From Escherichia coli (GTDB lineage Bacteria > Pseudomonadota > Gammaproteobacteria > Enterobacterales > Enterobacteriaceae), in NCBI RefSeq assembly GCF_009931435.1, contig NZ_CP043414.1: a stretch of DNA of 64,000 bases. One strand, written 5' to 3'. A program made the position numbers and the translations under genes. Below, piece after piece: positions 19,619 through 27,862 of this stretch. The notes below the pieces were generated by a model that was not told the DNA's origin, ran no database searches, and saw only the letters and a list, made by a program, of their open reading frames with translations. The stretch's first letter is position 1; each line of letters begins with the position of its first letter.

Positions 19619-20053
19619 ATGAGTAAGAAGAAAATTCCTTTTGAAAATGAAGAGTTCATTACTTACCGGGCATTACTTCTGAGTATTGACTTTGTTAAAA
19701 AACTGGTTATAGAAATGTCTGATGAAGATTTAAATAAGGTTAAGGAAAACTTTGACATAGCTATTCAGCAACGTAATGAGCGAAAGGAAAATATGAAAGC
19801 TATCAAATCACTCATGGATGAACATGGTATATCTCTGGAAGATTTTTATTGTGAATTTGGCAAAAAATCACAGGCAGGCAGAAAAAGTGTGTCAGGAAGG
19901 CATAAATACGAGTATGACGATAACGGTAAAAGAATGTACTGGAATGGACAAGGACGTCGGCCTAAGGCCATAGCAGAGGCTATAAAAGCCGGAGGTTCTC
20001 TTGATGATTTTCTTATATCTCAGGAAGTATCATCTGGTCCTGATTATGAATAA
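19619..20053 (+). CDS. H-NS-family nucleoid-associated protein (island-borne paralogue)
   Basis: 144 aa. Coiled-coil N-terminus. The C-terminal YWNGQGRRPKAIAEAIKAGGSLDDFLI corresponds to H-NS [28 protein letters not shown]. Confidence 0.85.
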   Translation: MSKKKIPFENEEFITYRALLLSIDFVKKLVIEMSDEDLNKVKENFDIAIQQRNERKENMKAIKSLMDEHGISLEDFYCEFGKKSQAGRKSVSGRHKYEYDDNGKRMYWNGQGRRPKAIAEAIKAGGSLDDFLISQEVSSGPDYE

Positions 20054-20469
20054 CAGCAATATATATTTTGATCTGTATTAATATCAAGAAATATATAGTA
20101 AACACTTCTCCGGAGTTGATATATTATCGGCAGGGAATGAAAATGCCTGACTTCATGCTAATATATGGCAATAAAGATAAATGAGTTATACTGTAGAGTT
20201 ATGAAATAACGATAGTGATAAGAGCCAGTCAGCGAGACTGATTGTTTTATCTGTACTGGCAGCAGGCAGTTTACCATGGCTTACTGCTTCAGCTTCTGAA
20301 TCTGTGTTGATGATATTTATCTGTTTATAAGGCAAGGCTTGTCTCTGTGAGTTGGTAATCTTTATCCCGGGATAGCTTTTCTCTGTATTTTTAGTATAGC
20401 CAGTAATCGATTACTCCTGTATGCGCAAAAATATAGCAACTCATCCATGGTAAACATGTCAGCTTTTAC

Positions 20470-21042
20470 CTACATATAGATAAATTCATATTTCACGATA
20501 TACGACCCAATTTTATTAACACGAGCTGTTACCCATACACCTGTCATCCCCTGTTTATGGTGACTGCGCGGGAACTCTTTATTTGTACAAAGTTGTATCC
20601 ATCTGGAAGTGTTTTGATCTTTCAACCAGAGTCCCGCTTCACAATGTCCATACTTTCCTCTTGATGGTCCCGGAAAAACAACATCATATTCAGATTCATA
20701 GCTAATAACCTTATCCGGAAAAAGATAAACACAGACATCGTAACAGTTCAGACTCAGTATAAATCCAAGACAAAATCCCCCCGTGAATGCATTTAATAAA
20801 TACTTTAATGTTCTGTTAAAGGTGCGGATATAAAATGCATAAATAAAAGAAAGAGAACCGGTGGTTATACCGGTGCAAAAATATGTTGTCCATTCAGGTA
20901 CCGTATTTTGTAAAACAGTATAATGAGATATGGCGGATGCCCACAACATATACCAGCACAAACCACCTGCAATAAGATATGTTATTGCTGTGGAAAACCA
21001 TTTCCTGTATTTATTTTCAGGGTGATTGTTTTTGCCCATCAA
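20470..21042 (-). CDS. hypothetical membrane protein (about 3 TM helices plus a C-terminal soluble domain)
   Basis: 190-aa ORF starting 97 bp downstream of the dGTPase-family gene on the same strand. Hydrophobic segments at about aa 17-37, 52-72 and 84-104. No family recognised. Confidence 0.5.
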   Translation of the reverse strand: MMGKNNHPENKYRKWFSTAITYLIAGGLCWYMLWASAISHYTVLQNTVPEWTTYFCTGITTGSLSFIYAFYIRTFNRTLKYLLNAFTGGFCLGFILSLNCYDVCVYLFPDKVISYESEYDVVFPGPSRGKYGHCEAGLWLKDQNTSRWIQLCTNKEFPRSHHKQGMTGVWVTARVNKIGSYIVKYEFIYM

Positions 21043-21139
21043 CGCATTTCCAGAATATTTAAAAATAACCTGTCACCGAAACAGAATAAAGGCGCAATAA
21101 CCATAGCGGGAAAATATGCGCCTCTGGTAATCGACAGTG

Positions 21140-22393
21140 TTACTTCAGACAGTGAGTTTCCCATTCCTTGACTGCAAATGTATCCATCATACCTGAAATA
21201 TAGTCAACCACTGCTCGTTTTTTGCTGATTTTAAATATATAGGAATCTGGTTGGGGTAAGGTGAATTTAAGTTCAGGAGGCAGAAATTTATAATTCTCTC
21301 CTTCATTGTAAAAGTCATATAAATCCCTGATTATTTTATTTCCCCTGAACTCATAGGTGAGGATATTACGTTTTCGCATGATGACTTTAAAGAGAAGTTT
21401 TTTGAGCCCTTCGGATAACGCATTCAGTTTCCCGAATCCCAGTTCCTGAAAACCATTCAGGTTCGTTACTACAGAAATATCTGCAACGAGGCGATTGACA
21501 ATATTTGAAGTTAACTCCTTGCGGAATATGATGGCAAATTCTTCTGAGGTTTTCAGTAAGTTAGCCTGAAAAGCGGTGTTTCTCGACTGAGTAACGATTT
21601 CCCTGAACTGTTCCCTCGCTCCCCGGAATTCGTCAGAAATCTGAAACTCATATTCAATATCTTCAATCGTGACCATGTTCCTGCTAAGGGCATCTTCCAG
21701 GTCATGCGCGGCATAGGCAATCTCATCCGCGAGATCCATTATCTGCGCATCAATCGTTTTCTCTCCGGGATTCAGATCGAGCTGATTTTCAGCAAGCAGG
21801 TTAATGTAAAAATAGTAATCATCATCATAAATGAACTTGCCGGCAGTAGCTGCAGCGCGGGGGATGGGATACTTAACAACCGAAAGTAAACTACGGTGAG
21901 TCAGATTTAATCCGTTGCAGTATGAAAATTTCTTCTCCAGTTTTCTCAGGATACGTAGCGCCTGTGCATTGCCTTCATAGCCGCCGATTTCTTCAGACAG
22001 TTCATTAAGTAGTTTTTCACCGGAATGACCGAAAGGAGGATTTCCGATGTCATGCGCCAGAGCTGCCAGTTCAACCACCACCGGGTTAACCAGTTTGAGG
22101 TCTGACGCGATACTTCGGGCGATCTGAGCAACCTCAAGACTGTGCGTTAATCTGTTTCTGTTGAATTTTTCAGGATCAATTTCAAAAAGTTGCATCTTTC
22201 CCTGCAGCCTGCGAAATGATGATGAATACAGAATACGCGCATAATCCCGTTGATAATTATCCCGGCTTCTTGTTTCACCATCGGGGGACGGGTGCTCTCT
22301 GGTATCAGCAAGCGCACTGATAAGTTTTTGTTCCTGCTCTTGCGCAAATTCTTTTAATTCATTGCAGTACATATTTCTTCCTTTCTGGAGCAT
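21140..22393 (-). CDS. dGTPase-family HD-domain dNTP triphosphohydrolase (Dgt-like, short form)
   Basis: 417 aa. YQRDYARILYSSSFRRLQGKMQLF...NRLTHSLEVAQIARSIA...LAALAHDIGNPPFGHSGE is the dGTP triphosphohydrolase family signature (H..HD metal site). Confidence 0.9.
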   Translation of the reverse strand: MLQKGRNMYCNELKEFAQEQEQKLISALADTREHPSPDGETRSRDNYQRDYARILYSSSFRRLQGKMQLFEIDPEKFNRNRLTHSLEVAQIARSIASDLKLVNPVVVELAALAHDIGNPPFGHSGEKLLNELSEEIGGYEGNAQALRILRKLEKKFSYCNGLNLTHRSLLSVVKYPIPRAAATAGKFIYDDDYYFYINLLAENQLDLNPGEKTIDAQIMDLADEIAYAAHDLEDALSRNMVTIEDIEYEFQISDEFRGAREQFREIVTQSRNTAFQANLLKTSEEFAIIFRKELTSNIVNRLVADISVVTNLNGFQELGFGKLNALSEGLKKLLFKVIMRKRNILTYEFRGNKIIRDLYDFYNEGENYKFLPPELKFTLPQPDSYIFKISKKRAVVDYISGMMDTFAVKEWETHCLK

Positions 22394-22522
22394 GTTACCA
22401 AATCAGAATACCGGATGAACAAAACTGGTGGCTACATCCTGTAGGGATTATGTATTAGTAAGCTCTGGCCATTAGTGCCATTTCAGGTTATGTGATCCTA
22501 CTCACGTAATATGGACACAGGC

Positions 22523-23389
22523 CTAAGTGAGGTTCTGGTTTTCAAATTGTTCCGGACTGAGGCCGCCACACCAACTGTGCCGCCGCCACCGATTGTAATC
22601 ACATTCGATATAATTAAACACCGTTGCCCGCATTATTTCCCGGCTGATAAAGTGTTCTCCATGGATACATTCCACTTTCAGCGAATGAAAGAAGCTTTCC
22701 ACGCAGGCATTATCGTAGCAGCAACCTTTTGCGCTCATACTTCCACGCAGATTATGCCGCTTCAGTTGCGCCTGATAATCTGCTGAACAGTACTGGCCTC
22801 CACGGTCCGTGTGAACGATAACGTTCCGGGGCCTCTTACGCCGCCACAGCGCCATCTGCAGGGCATCGCAGGCCAGTTGCGCCGTCATGCGTGGCGACAT
22901 TGACCAGCCAATAACGGCACGTGACCACAGGTCAATGACCACTGCCAGATACAGCCAGCCTTCATCTGTACGTAAGTACGTGATGTCTCCTGCCCACTTC
23001 TGGTTCGGGCCACTGGCGTAAAAATCCTGCTCCAACAGATTTTCTGACACAGGCAGGCCGTGTGCGCGGTAGCTGACCGGGCTGAACTTCCGGGAGGCCT
23101 TTGCCCTCAGTCCCTGACGGAGCAGGCTTGCCGCCACGGTTTTTACGTTAAAGGGGTAACCCTGAGCACGCAGTTCATCCGTCAGGCGTGGGGCACCGTA
23201 ACGCTGTTTTGACCGGGTAAAAGCCGCGAGGACAACGCTGTCGCAGTGTTGGCGGAACTGCTGACGCGTGCTTATCCTTGTCCGCCGCTGACACCACGTA
23301 TACCAGCCGCTGCGGGCCACCCGGAGCACGCGGCACATTGCTTTGATGCTGAACTCAGCCTGATGTTTTTCAATAAAGACATACTTCAT
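22523..23389 (-). CDS. insF: IS3 transposase OrfB (InsF), DDE domain
   Basis: 288 aa, [32 protein letters not shown]..., near-identical to IS3 InsF as recalled. Confidence 0.95.
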   Translation of the reverse strand: MKYVFIEKHQAEFSIKAMCRVLRVARSGWYTWCQRRTRISTRQQFRQHCDSVVLAAFTRSKQRYGAPRLTDELRAQGYPFNVKTVAASLLRQGLRAKASRKFSPVSYRAHGLPVSENLLEQDFYASGPNQKWAGDITYLRTDEGWLYLAVVIDLWSRAVIGWSMSPRMTAQLACDALQMALWRRKRPRNVIVHTDRGGQYCSADYQAQLKRHNLRGSMSAKGCCYDNACVESFFHSLKVECIHGEHFISREIMRATVFNYIECDYNRWRRHSWCGGLSPEQFENQNLT

Positions 23390-23684
23390 TTCAGACGATT
23401 CGCAAAGTATGTCGCGGCCTTTTGGAGGATAGCCAGTTCCTCTGCCTGCTCCGCCAGTTGCCGCTTCAGGCGGGCATTTTCAGCGGCCAGTTCACTTTCA
23501 CGATCTGACGAACTCATTTGTTGCTGCAGTTTGCTGCGCCACGCATAGAGCTGTGATTCATACAGGCTGAGTTCACGGGCTGCGGCAGCAACACCGATGC
23601 GTTCAGCAAGTTTCAGGGCTTCACTGAGAAATTCAGGCGAATGCTGTTTACGGGGTTTTTACTGGTTGATACTGTTTTTGTCAT
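23386..23684 (-). pseudogene. insE: IS3 orfA (insE) with a 1-nt deletion in an A-run
   Basis: ATG at 23684 reads MTKTVSTSKNPVNSIRLNFSVKP then stop. Shifting one base after AGTAAAAA restores KPRKQHSPEF...[15 protein letters not shown] ending at 23386. The span is 299 nt, not a multiple of 3. The ORF track shows no 60-aa or longer minus-strand ORF here. Confidence 0.8.
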
Positions 23685-23851
23685 GTGAGTCACCTCTGAC
23701 TGAGAGTTTACTCACTTAGCCGCGTGTCCACTATTGCTGGGTAAGATCAAGTCTTACTTACCCTGTGAACCATGTTGATATTGATACTATATTGACTATA
23801 TGCCATACAGGTGGTAATGATTAGTTACTACCATACAGGAAAAGGTAGAAA

Positions 23852-24832
23852 ATGACTCTTTTGGTAACGGCTGAGTGTGTTGACGATCTGATAAACGATG
23901 TTCATCAAGCTATCCTAGCGGATGGACTCAGTAACGATCCTACAAAAGGATCAACTCTAGAGATTCTTGGTGCCTATCTTGTCCTTACCGACCCCCGCCG
24001 AAGAATAAGTAGAACAGAATCCCGAGGAAAACTAATTAGTTGCTTAGGTGAATTTCTGTGGTATCTCTCAGCTCAGAACGATCTTGAGTTTATAAAACAC
24101 TTCATACCACGTTACGCTGAATCCGCTGAGTCAGATGGGAAAATACATGGTGGTTACGGGCCACGGTTGTTTAATATGCGTGGTTTATATAATCAGCTAA
24201 AAAATGTCATCAACCTTTTGCAGGAGAAAAAACCTACCAGACGTGCAGTAATACAGCTTTTCGATGCCTCAGACTTGGTGCCCTCAAAAACTGAACAGCG
24301 AGAATACGTAGATATTCCTTGTACAATATCTATGCAGTTTATTGTCAGATGTGAAGAGCTGCATCTATTTGTTTGTATGCGTTCTAACGATGCCTTTATG
24401 GGGCTGCCTCATGATGTATTTGCGTTCACGATGCTACAGGAATTAGTTGCCCGCTTGATAGGATGCGAATTGGGTCACTATCATCACTTTGTATCCAGCC
24501 TACATCTCTATAAAAATGATTTAGAAAAAGTGAAGGCTCTTCAGAAAGAGGGGTTCATGAGCACCCTACCAGTCATGGGATCGATGCCTGAAATGCATTC
24601 CTTAGATGATATCTTACCCCTGCTTGAGGCAGAAAAAGCTCTTCGAGAGAATAAGGAATTTGATATTGACACTACTTCCTTGAATGACTACTGGAAGGAT
24701 TTATTGCGTATATTAAAAATCCACTTTTTGTTACGTTCACATACACCCAACCACAAAGGACTAGCCTTCCAAGAGTTGGCTGCAATGAAAAATCAGGAAT
24801 ATCGGTTTATTTTTGAAGGAAGACTACAATGA
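23852..24832 (+). CDS. thymidylate-synthase-fold pyrimidine-C5 transferase homologue (Asp at the ThyA Asn177 position)
   Basis: 326 aa. Ungapped match to the ThyA core as recalled: IPCTISMQF/APCHAFFQF, MRSNDAFMGLPHDVFAF/QRSCDVFLGLPFNIASY, LHLYKN/THLYSN, GEFLWYL/HELLWFL. Confidence 0.8.
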   Translation: MTLLVTAECVDDLINDVHQAILADGLSNDPTKGSTLEILGAYLVLTDPRRRISRTESRGKLISCLGEFLWYLSAQNDLEFIKHFIPRYAESAESDGKIHGGYGPRLFNMRGLYNQLKNVINLLQEKKPTRRAVIQLFDASDLVPSKTEQREYVDIPCTISMQFIVRCEELHLFVCMRSNDAFMGLPHDVFAFTMLQELVARLIGCELGHYHHFVSSLHLYKNDLEKVKALQKEGFMSTLPVMGSMPEMHSLDDILPLLEAEKALRENKEFDIDTTSLNDYWKDLLRILKIHFLLRSHTPNHKGLAFQELAAMKNQEYRFIFEGRLQ

Positions 24833-25773
24833 AAAGACATAATCAAATCAGTCAGCTGGTTAGTAATTTGCAAAATTTTAGCCGCAATGAACACAACCTA
24901 AATGGTCTAAGTTCTCCTGCCTGCTTTGATGTTTTAGCCTGTCAGATTATCGACAGTATACGTCGTATACGCTATGTGGAAACTCTTGCATTACGGACCG
25001 ATTATATGACTCCGTTACGAAAAGAGCCGAATTCTGATGTTTTTGATCCTCTCCGCGCTGCCTGCCTTTATCTTCGTGACAACAATTACGATGAAGCCTG
25101 CTGGCTGGTTTTCCTTGCCACACATTTCGGCAAGAGTAACAAAACCGGCTGGATTTTGTGTCGAGATATATACAGTGGACTCGGTACACAAACGTGGACA
25201 TGGGATACGATAACTGATGACTTTGCTGCTTTTGAACAATGGTTCGCCAGCGTCTCTGATGAGTTGACAGCTAACAGTAGCCTAAGACAATATGGTAACC
25301 ATCGGAAATATGAAACGAAGAAATATCACTCTCGTCGTTCAATACCTGCGGTTTTTCGCTCTTACATCGGATTCATTGGTGCTACACACAGTCATGAGGC
25401 TAGGTTTGCAGAGGCCAAGAGCTTTTCATCTTCACCAGAATCTTTATTCGAACTATTGTATTCAGGGCTAAATGCCGTGATCTCATTTGGACGAACCGCA
25501 AAATTTGATTACCTAACTATGCTCAAGAAAACGGGACTTCTGGATGTAGAGCCGGGTCATGCTTTTCTGAATGGAGCAACCGGGCCCCTTCAAGGAAGCC
25601 GGCTACTTTTCAGCAATAGCCGGACTGCTGGTGACACAATAGACGTATTGAATGAAAAACTAGCTGACCTTGCGGCAATTATTCCTGCACCCTACTTGAG
25701 AATGCAGGTTATTGAAGATGCGTTGTGCAACTGGCAGAAATCACCTGACCGTTATGTCTATTTCGGCGGCTGA
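24829..25773 (+). CDS. hypothetical protein translationally coupled to the TS-fold gene
   Basis: 314-aa ORF whose ATG overlaps the upstream stop (ATGA at 24829-24832). No motif assignable by eye. Confidence 0.6.
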   Translation: MKRHNQISQLVSNLQNFSRNEHNLNGLSSPACFDVLACQIIDSIRRIRYVETLALRTDYMTPLRKEPNSDVFDPLRAACLYLRDNNYDEACWLVFLATHFGKSNKTGWILCRDIYSGLGTQTWTWDTITDDFAAFEQWFASVSDELTANSSLRQYGNHRKYETKKYHSRRSIPAVFRSYIGFIGATHSHEARFAEAKSFSSSPESLFELLYSGLNAVISFGRTAKFDYLTMLKKTGLLDVEPGHAFLNGATGPLQGSRLLFSNSRTAGDTIDVLNEKLADLAAIIPAPYLRMQVIEDALCNWQKSPDRYVYFGG

Positions 25774-25775
25774 TA

Positions 25776-26858
25776 TCAGACGATATCTTCTTTACGGAAT
25801 CTCACTTTAAACCGATTAAGGTGAGAAAAAGGTATATTACCTTCATGCTGCAAATATCCCAGTACGATCCCTTTGGATACCCCCATTTTCCTAGCTAACC
25901 GGATGATCTCTTTCCAATGCCGGACACCATAGCGACTAAGTTGCTGCCGGTATTCTTCTGGGATAAGAACATCAACGGCAAATTTATCTGCTTCCTTTTC
26001 CTCTTCCGACGAAAGACTATCTTTACCTTCTACGCGAACTCGGACAGCTTCATGCAAGATGAGATGCCCAATCTCATGAAACAGCGTAAACCAAAAATGG
26101 TCATCGGTCAGATAACGGAAACTCATGACTAGGGTTGCGCGATCTGGTGTAAAAAAGCAGGTAGCACCACTTGCCCGACATCCCTTTGGCGTTGGCAACA
26201 CAACGAGAGAAACTCCAGCAGTGGCGAGAAGGTCGCGAATGTAAGGGATAAAAATCCTCATGTCGGGTTCATTTGTAGCTTTGCGCAGTTCTGGCAACAA
26301 TGCTATCAGCACCTCTTTATCCCATACAGCACAGTTTTGGTTTGAGGTAAGTTGTGCAGCCCTAGTCAGCCACACCAAATCGGCCATAGGCTCGGTTGCC
26401 AGATTAAGAGATTTACGAAAAGCGACCAAAGGAGCATCTGACTGAATTTTATAAAAAAAATCATTGACGGAATTTATTCCGAAAAACGATAGGCAGTGCT
26501 GGAATTTACTTTCCCGAGTTGTAGTTTTGGGGATCCAACCAAACTCCATCATATCACGTACAGGCAATGATTCGAGCCAATCATTATTCACTTTCTCGAG
26601 GTATCCAATTTGCTGGCGATAAGCGACTTCGCGCTTGATCCAGAAGTCTGTCGATACGTTGAATAACTCCTCAAGCTTACAAGCCAGAGACTCATTGAGT
26701 CGGATTTTTCCTTCAAGAAGTTGCTGACCCCGGATAAGAGACAATCCAATCCTCTTACTCAGTTCTTCACCAGAAAGCCCATGTTCATCCATTAGATCTA
26801 TAATTGTATCACCGGGTGGAGATACCCAGTCAGGCTGGAAGTCCTGCGTAACTATCAT
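25776..26858 (-). CDS. XRE-type HTH fused to an ImmA/IrrE-family zinc metallopeptidase
   Basis: 360 aa. N-terminal HTH (LSGEELSKRIGLSLIRGQQLLEG) and C-terminal HExxH (LFHEIGHLILHE). Confidence 0.8.
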   Translation of the reverse strand: MIVTQDFQPDWVSPPGDTIIDLMDEHGLSGEELSKRIGLSLIRGQQLLEGKIRLNESLACKLEELFNVSTDFWIKREVAYRQQIGYLEKVNNDWLESLPVRDMMEFGWIPKTTTRESKFQHCLSFFGINSVNDFFYKIQSDAPLVAFRKSLNLATEPMADLVWLTRAAQLTSNQNCAVWDKEVLIALLPELRKATNEPDMRIFIPYIRDLLATAGVSLVVLPTPKGCRASGATCFFTPDRATLVMSFRYLTDDHFWFTLFHEIGHLILHEAVRVRVEGKDSLSSEEEKEADKFAVDVLIPEEYRQQLSRYGVRHWKEIIRLARKMGVSKGIVLGYLQHEGNIPFSHLNRFKVRFRKEDIV

Positions 26859-27181
26859 TTCACGTCACCTATGAACACTAACCGTATCCGGCTAACTCGG
26901 GACCAGTTAATTGTATTATCTTGATTTTTGGGCTGAACTGTATTCCCACAGACAAATCCCATTTTTACATCACCGAGAATGGTAATTGTAATACACTCTT
27001 CCCCATCCTCAAAGCAGACCTCCGGCGAACCTACGGGCAACAGTAAAATGTTGTCTGTCACGGAAAGATCGGAAAGTCGCGAGCGTAGTCTTGATGCCAC
27101 TTTGTCACCAAAGATCTCATTTGCCTCATGCATACTCTCGCAAATAGTCCTTAACTTCTTGCTTTGAAAGGTAATGAACAA
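26855..27181 (-). CDS. small putative toxin (HigB/killer-protein-like N-terminus) upstream of the HTH-ImmA gene
   Basis: 108-aa ORF overlapping the downstream gene by 4 bp. MFITFQSKKLRTICES resembles the start of HigB-type killer proteins, but the C-terminal family motif is not evident. Confidence 0.4.
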   Translation of the reverse strand: MFITFQSKKLRTICESMHEANEIFGDKVASRLRSRLSDLSVTDNILLLPVGSPEVCFEDGEECITITILGDVKMGFVCGNTVQPKNQDNTINWSRVSRIRLVFIGDVK

Positions 27182-27324
27182 AATTATCCACTTTTATTTT
27201 TCTTGGTTGCTACGTTTATAGCAAACTCAACGCTCATTCACAAAATGAGATGTAGCGAATTAATGGACTCTGCACATATTAAATGTTAATGATGGACTTA
27301 AAATCACGGATTCGTAAGGGAAAC

Positions 27325-27588
27325 ATGAAAGGTAAACATCAAGACACTAAAGCCCTGTCTGACGTGCTAGCGGAAATGCAACGGCAGGATGCCAAATGGG
27401 GGGCAGACCGTAATCAAGATCCTTTTATCTGGGGAGCGATTCTCGGAGAAGAGGTGGGAGAATTTCATCAGGCTGTCCTCCATGATCGTTTTGGTGGTAA
27501 AGCAGCCGGTACCAGTAGGGAGGAAGCAGTACAAATTGCTGCTGTTGCACTGCAAATCATCGAATATTATGATCGCGTAATAGATTGA
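27325..27588 (+). CDS. MazG-like all-alpha NTP pyrophosphohydrolase (small form)
   Basis: ATG at 27325 preceded by AAGGGA. KWG....W..ILGEEVGEFHQAV...EEAVQIAAVALQIIEY fits the MazG-type EExxE metal motif and helical pattern. Confidence 0.6.
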   Translation: MKGKHQDTKALSDVLAEMQRQDAKWGADRNQDPFIWGAILGEEVGEFHQAVLHDRFGGKAAGTSREEAVQIAAVALQIIEYYDRVID

Positions 27589-27862
27589 TAAATTAGAATT
27601 AATCAACTAAGAGTCTTTTACACGCGAAGATGAACTCTGGCAGCCATCTACCTTCGTGGGCCTGTAGAACACATCTAATTGCAATACTCCCAGTTAATCA
27701 CTAACCAGCCTCTCCAGTAAGGCTGGTCGATTAGGTTTAATTAAACAGATATAACAAGCAATTCACTTGGTATTACGCGGTTCACACAGACTTCTTTAGT
27801 TGTGTCATATCCTATAACTTTCAGAGGCTTATTTACGGTATTATCACGAACGGTGCAAAAGT

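Larger units (their letters stand above)
22493..23749 (-). mobile_element. IS3 (IS3 family), 1257 bp, orfA frameshifted
   Basis: Terminal inverted repeats are TGATCCTACTCACG... at 22493 and ...GCTGGGTAAGATCA ending at 23749. The insF product matches E. coli IS3 as recalled. Confidence 0.95.
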
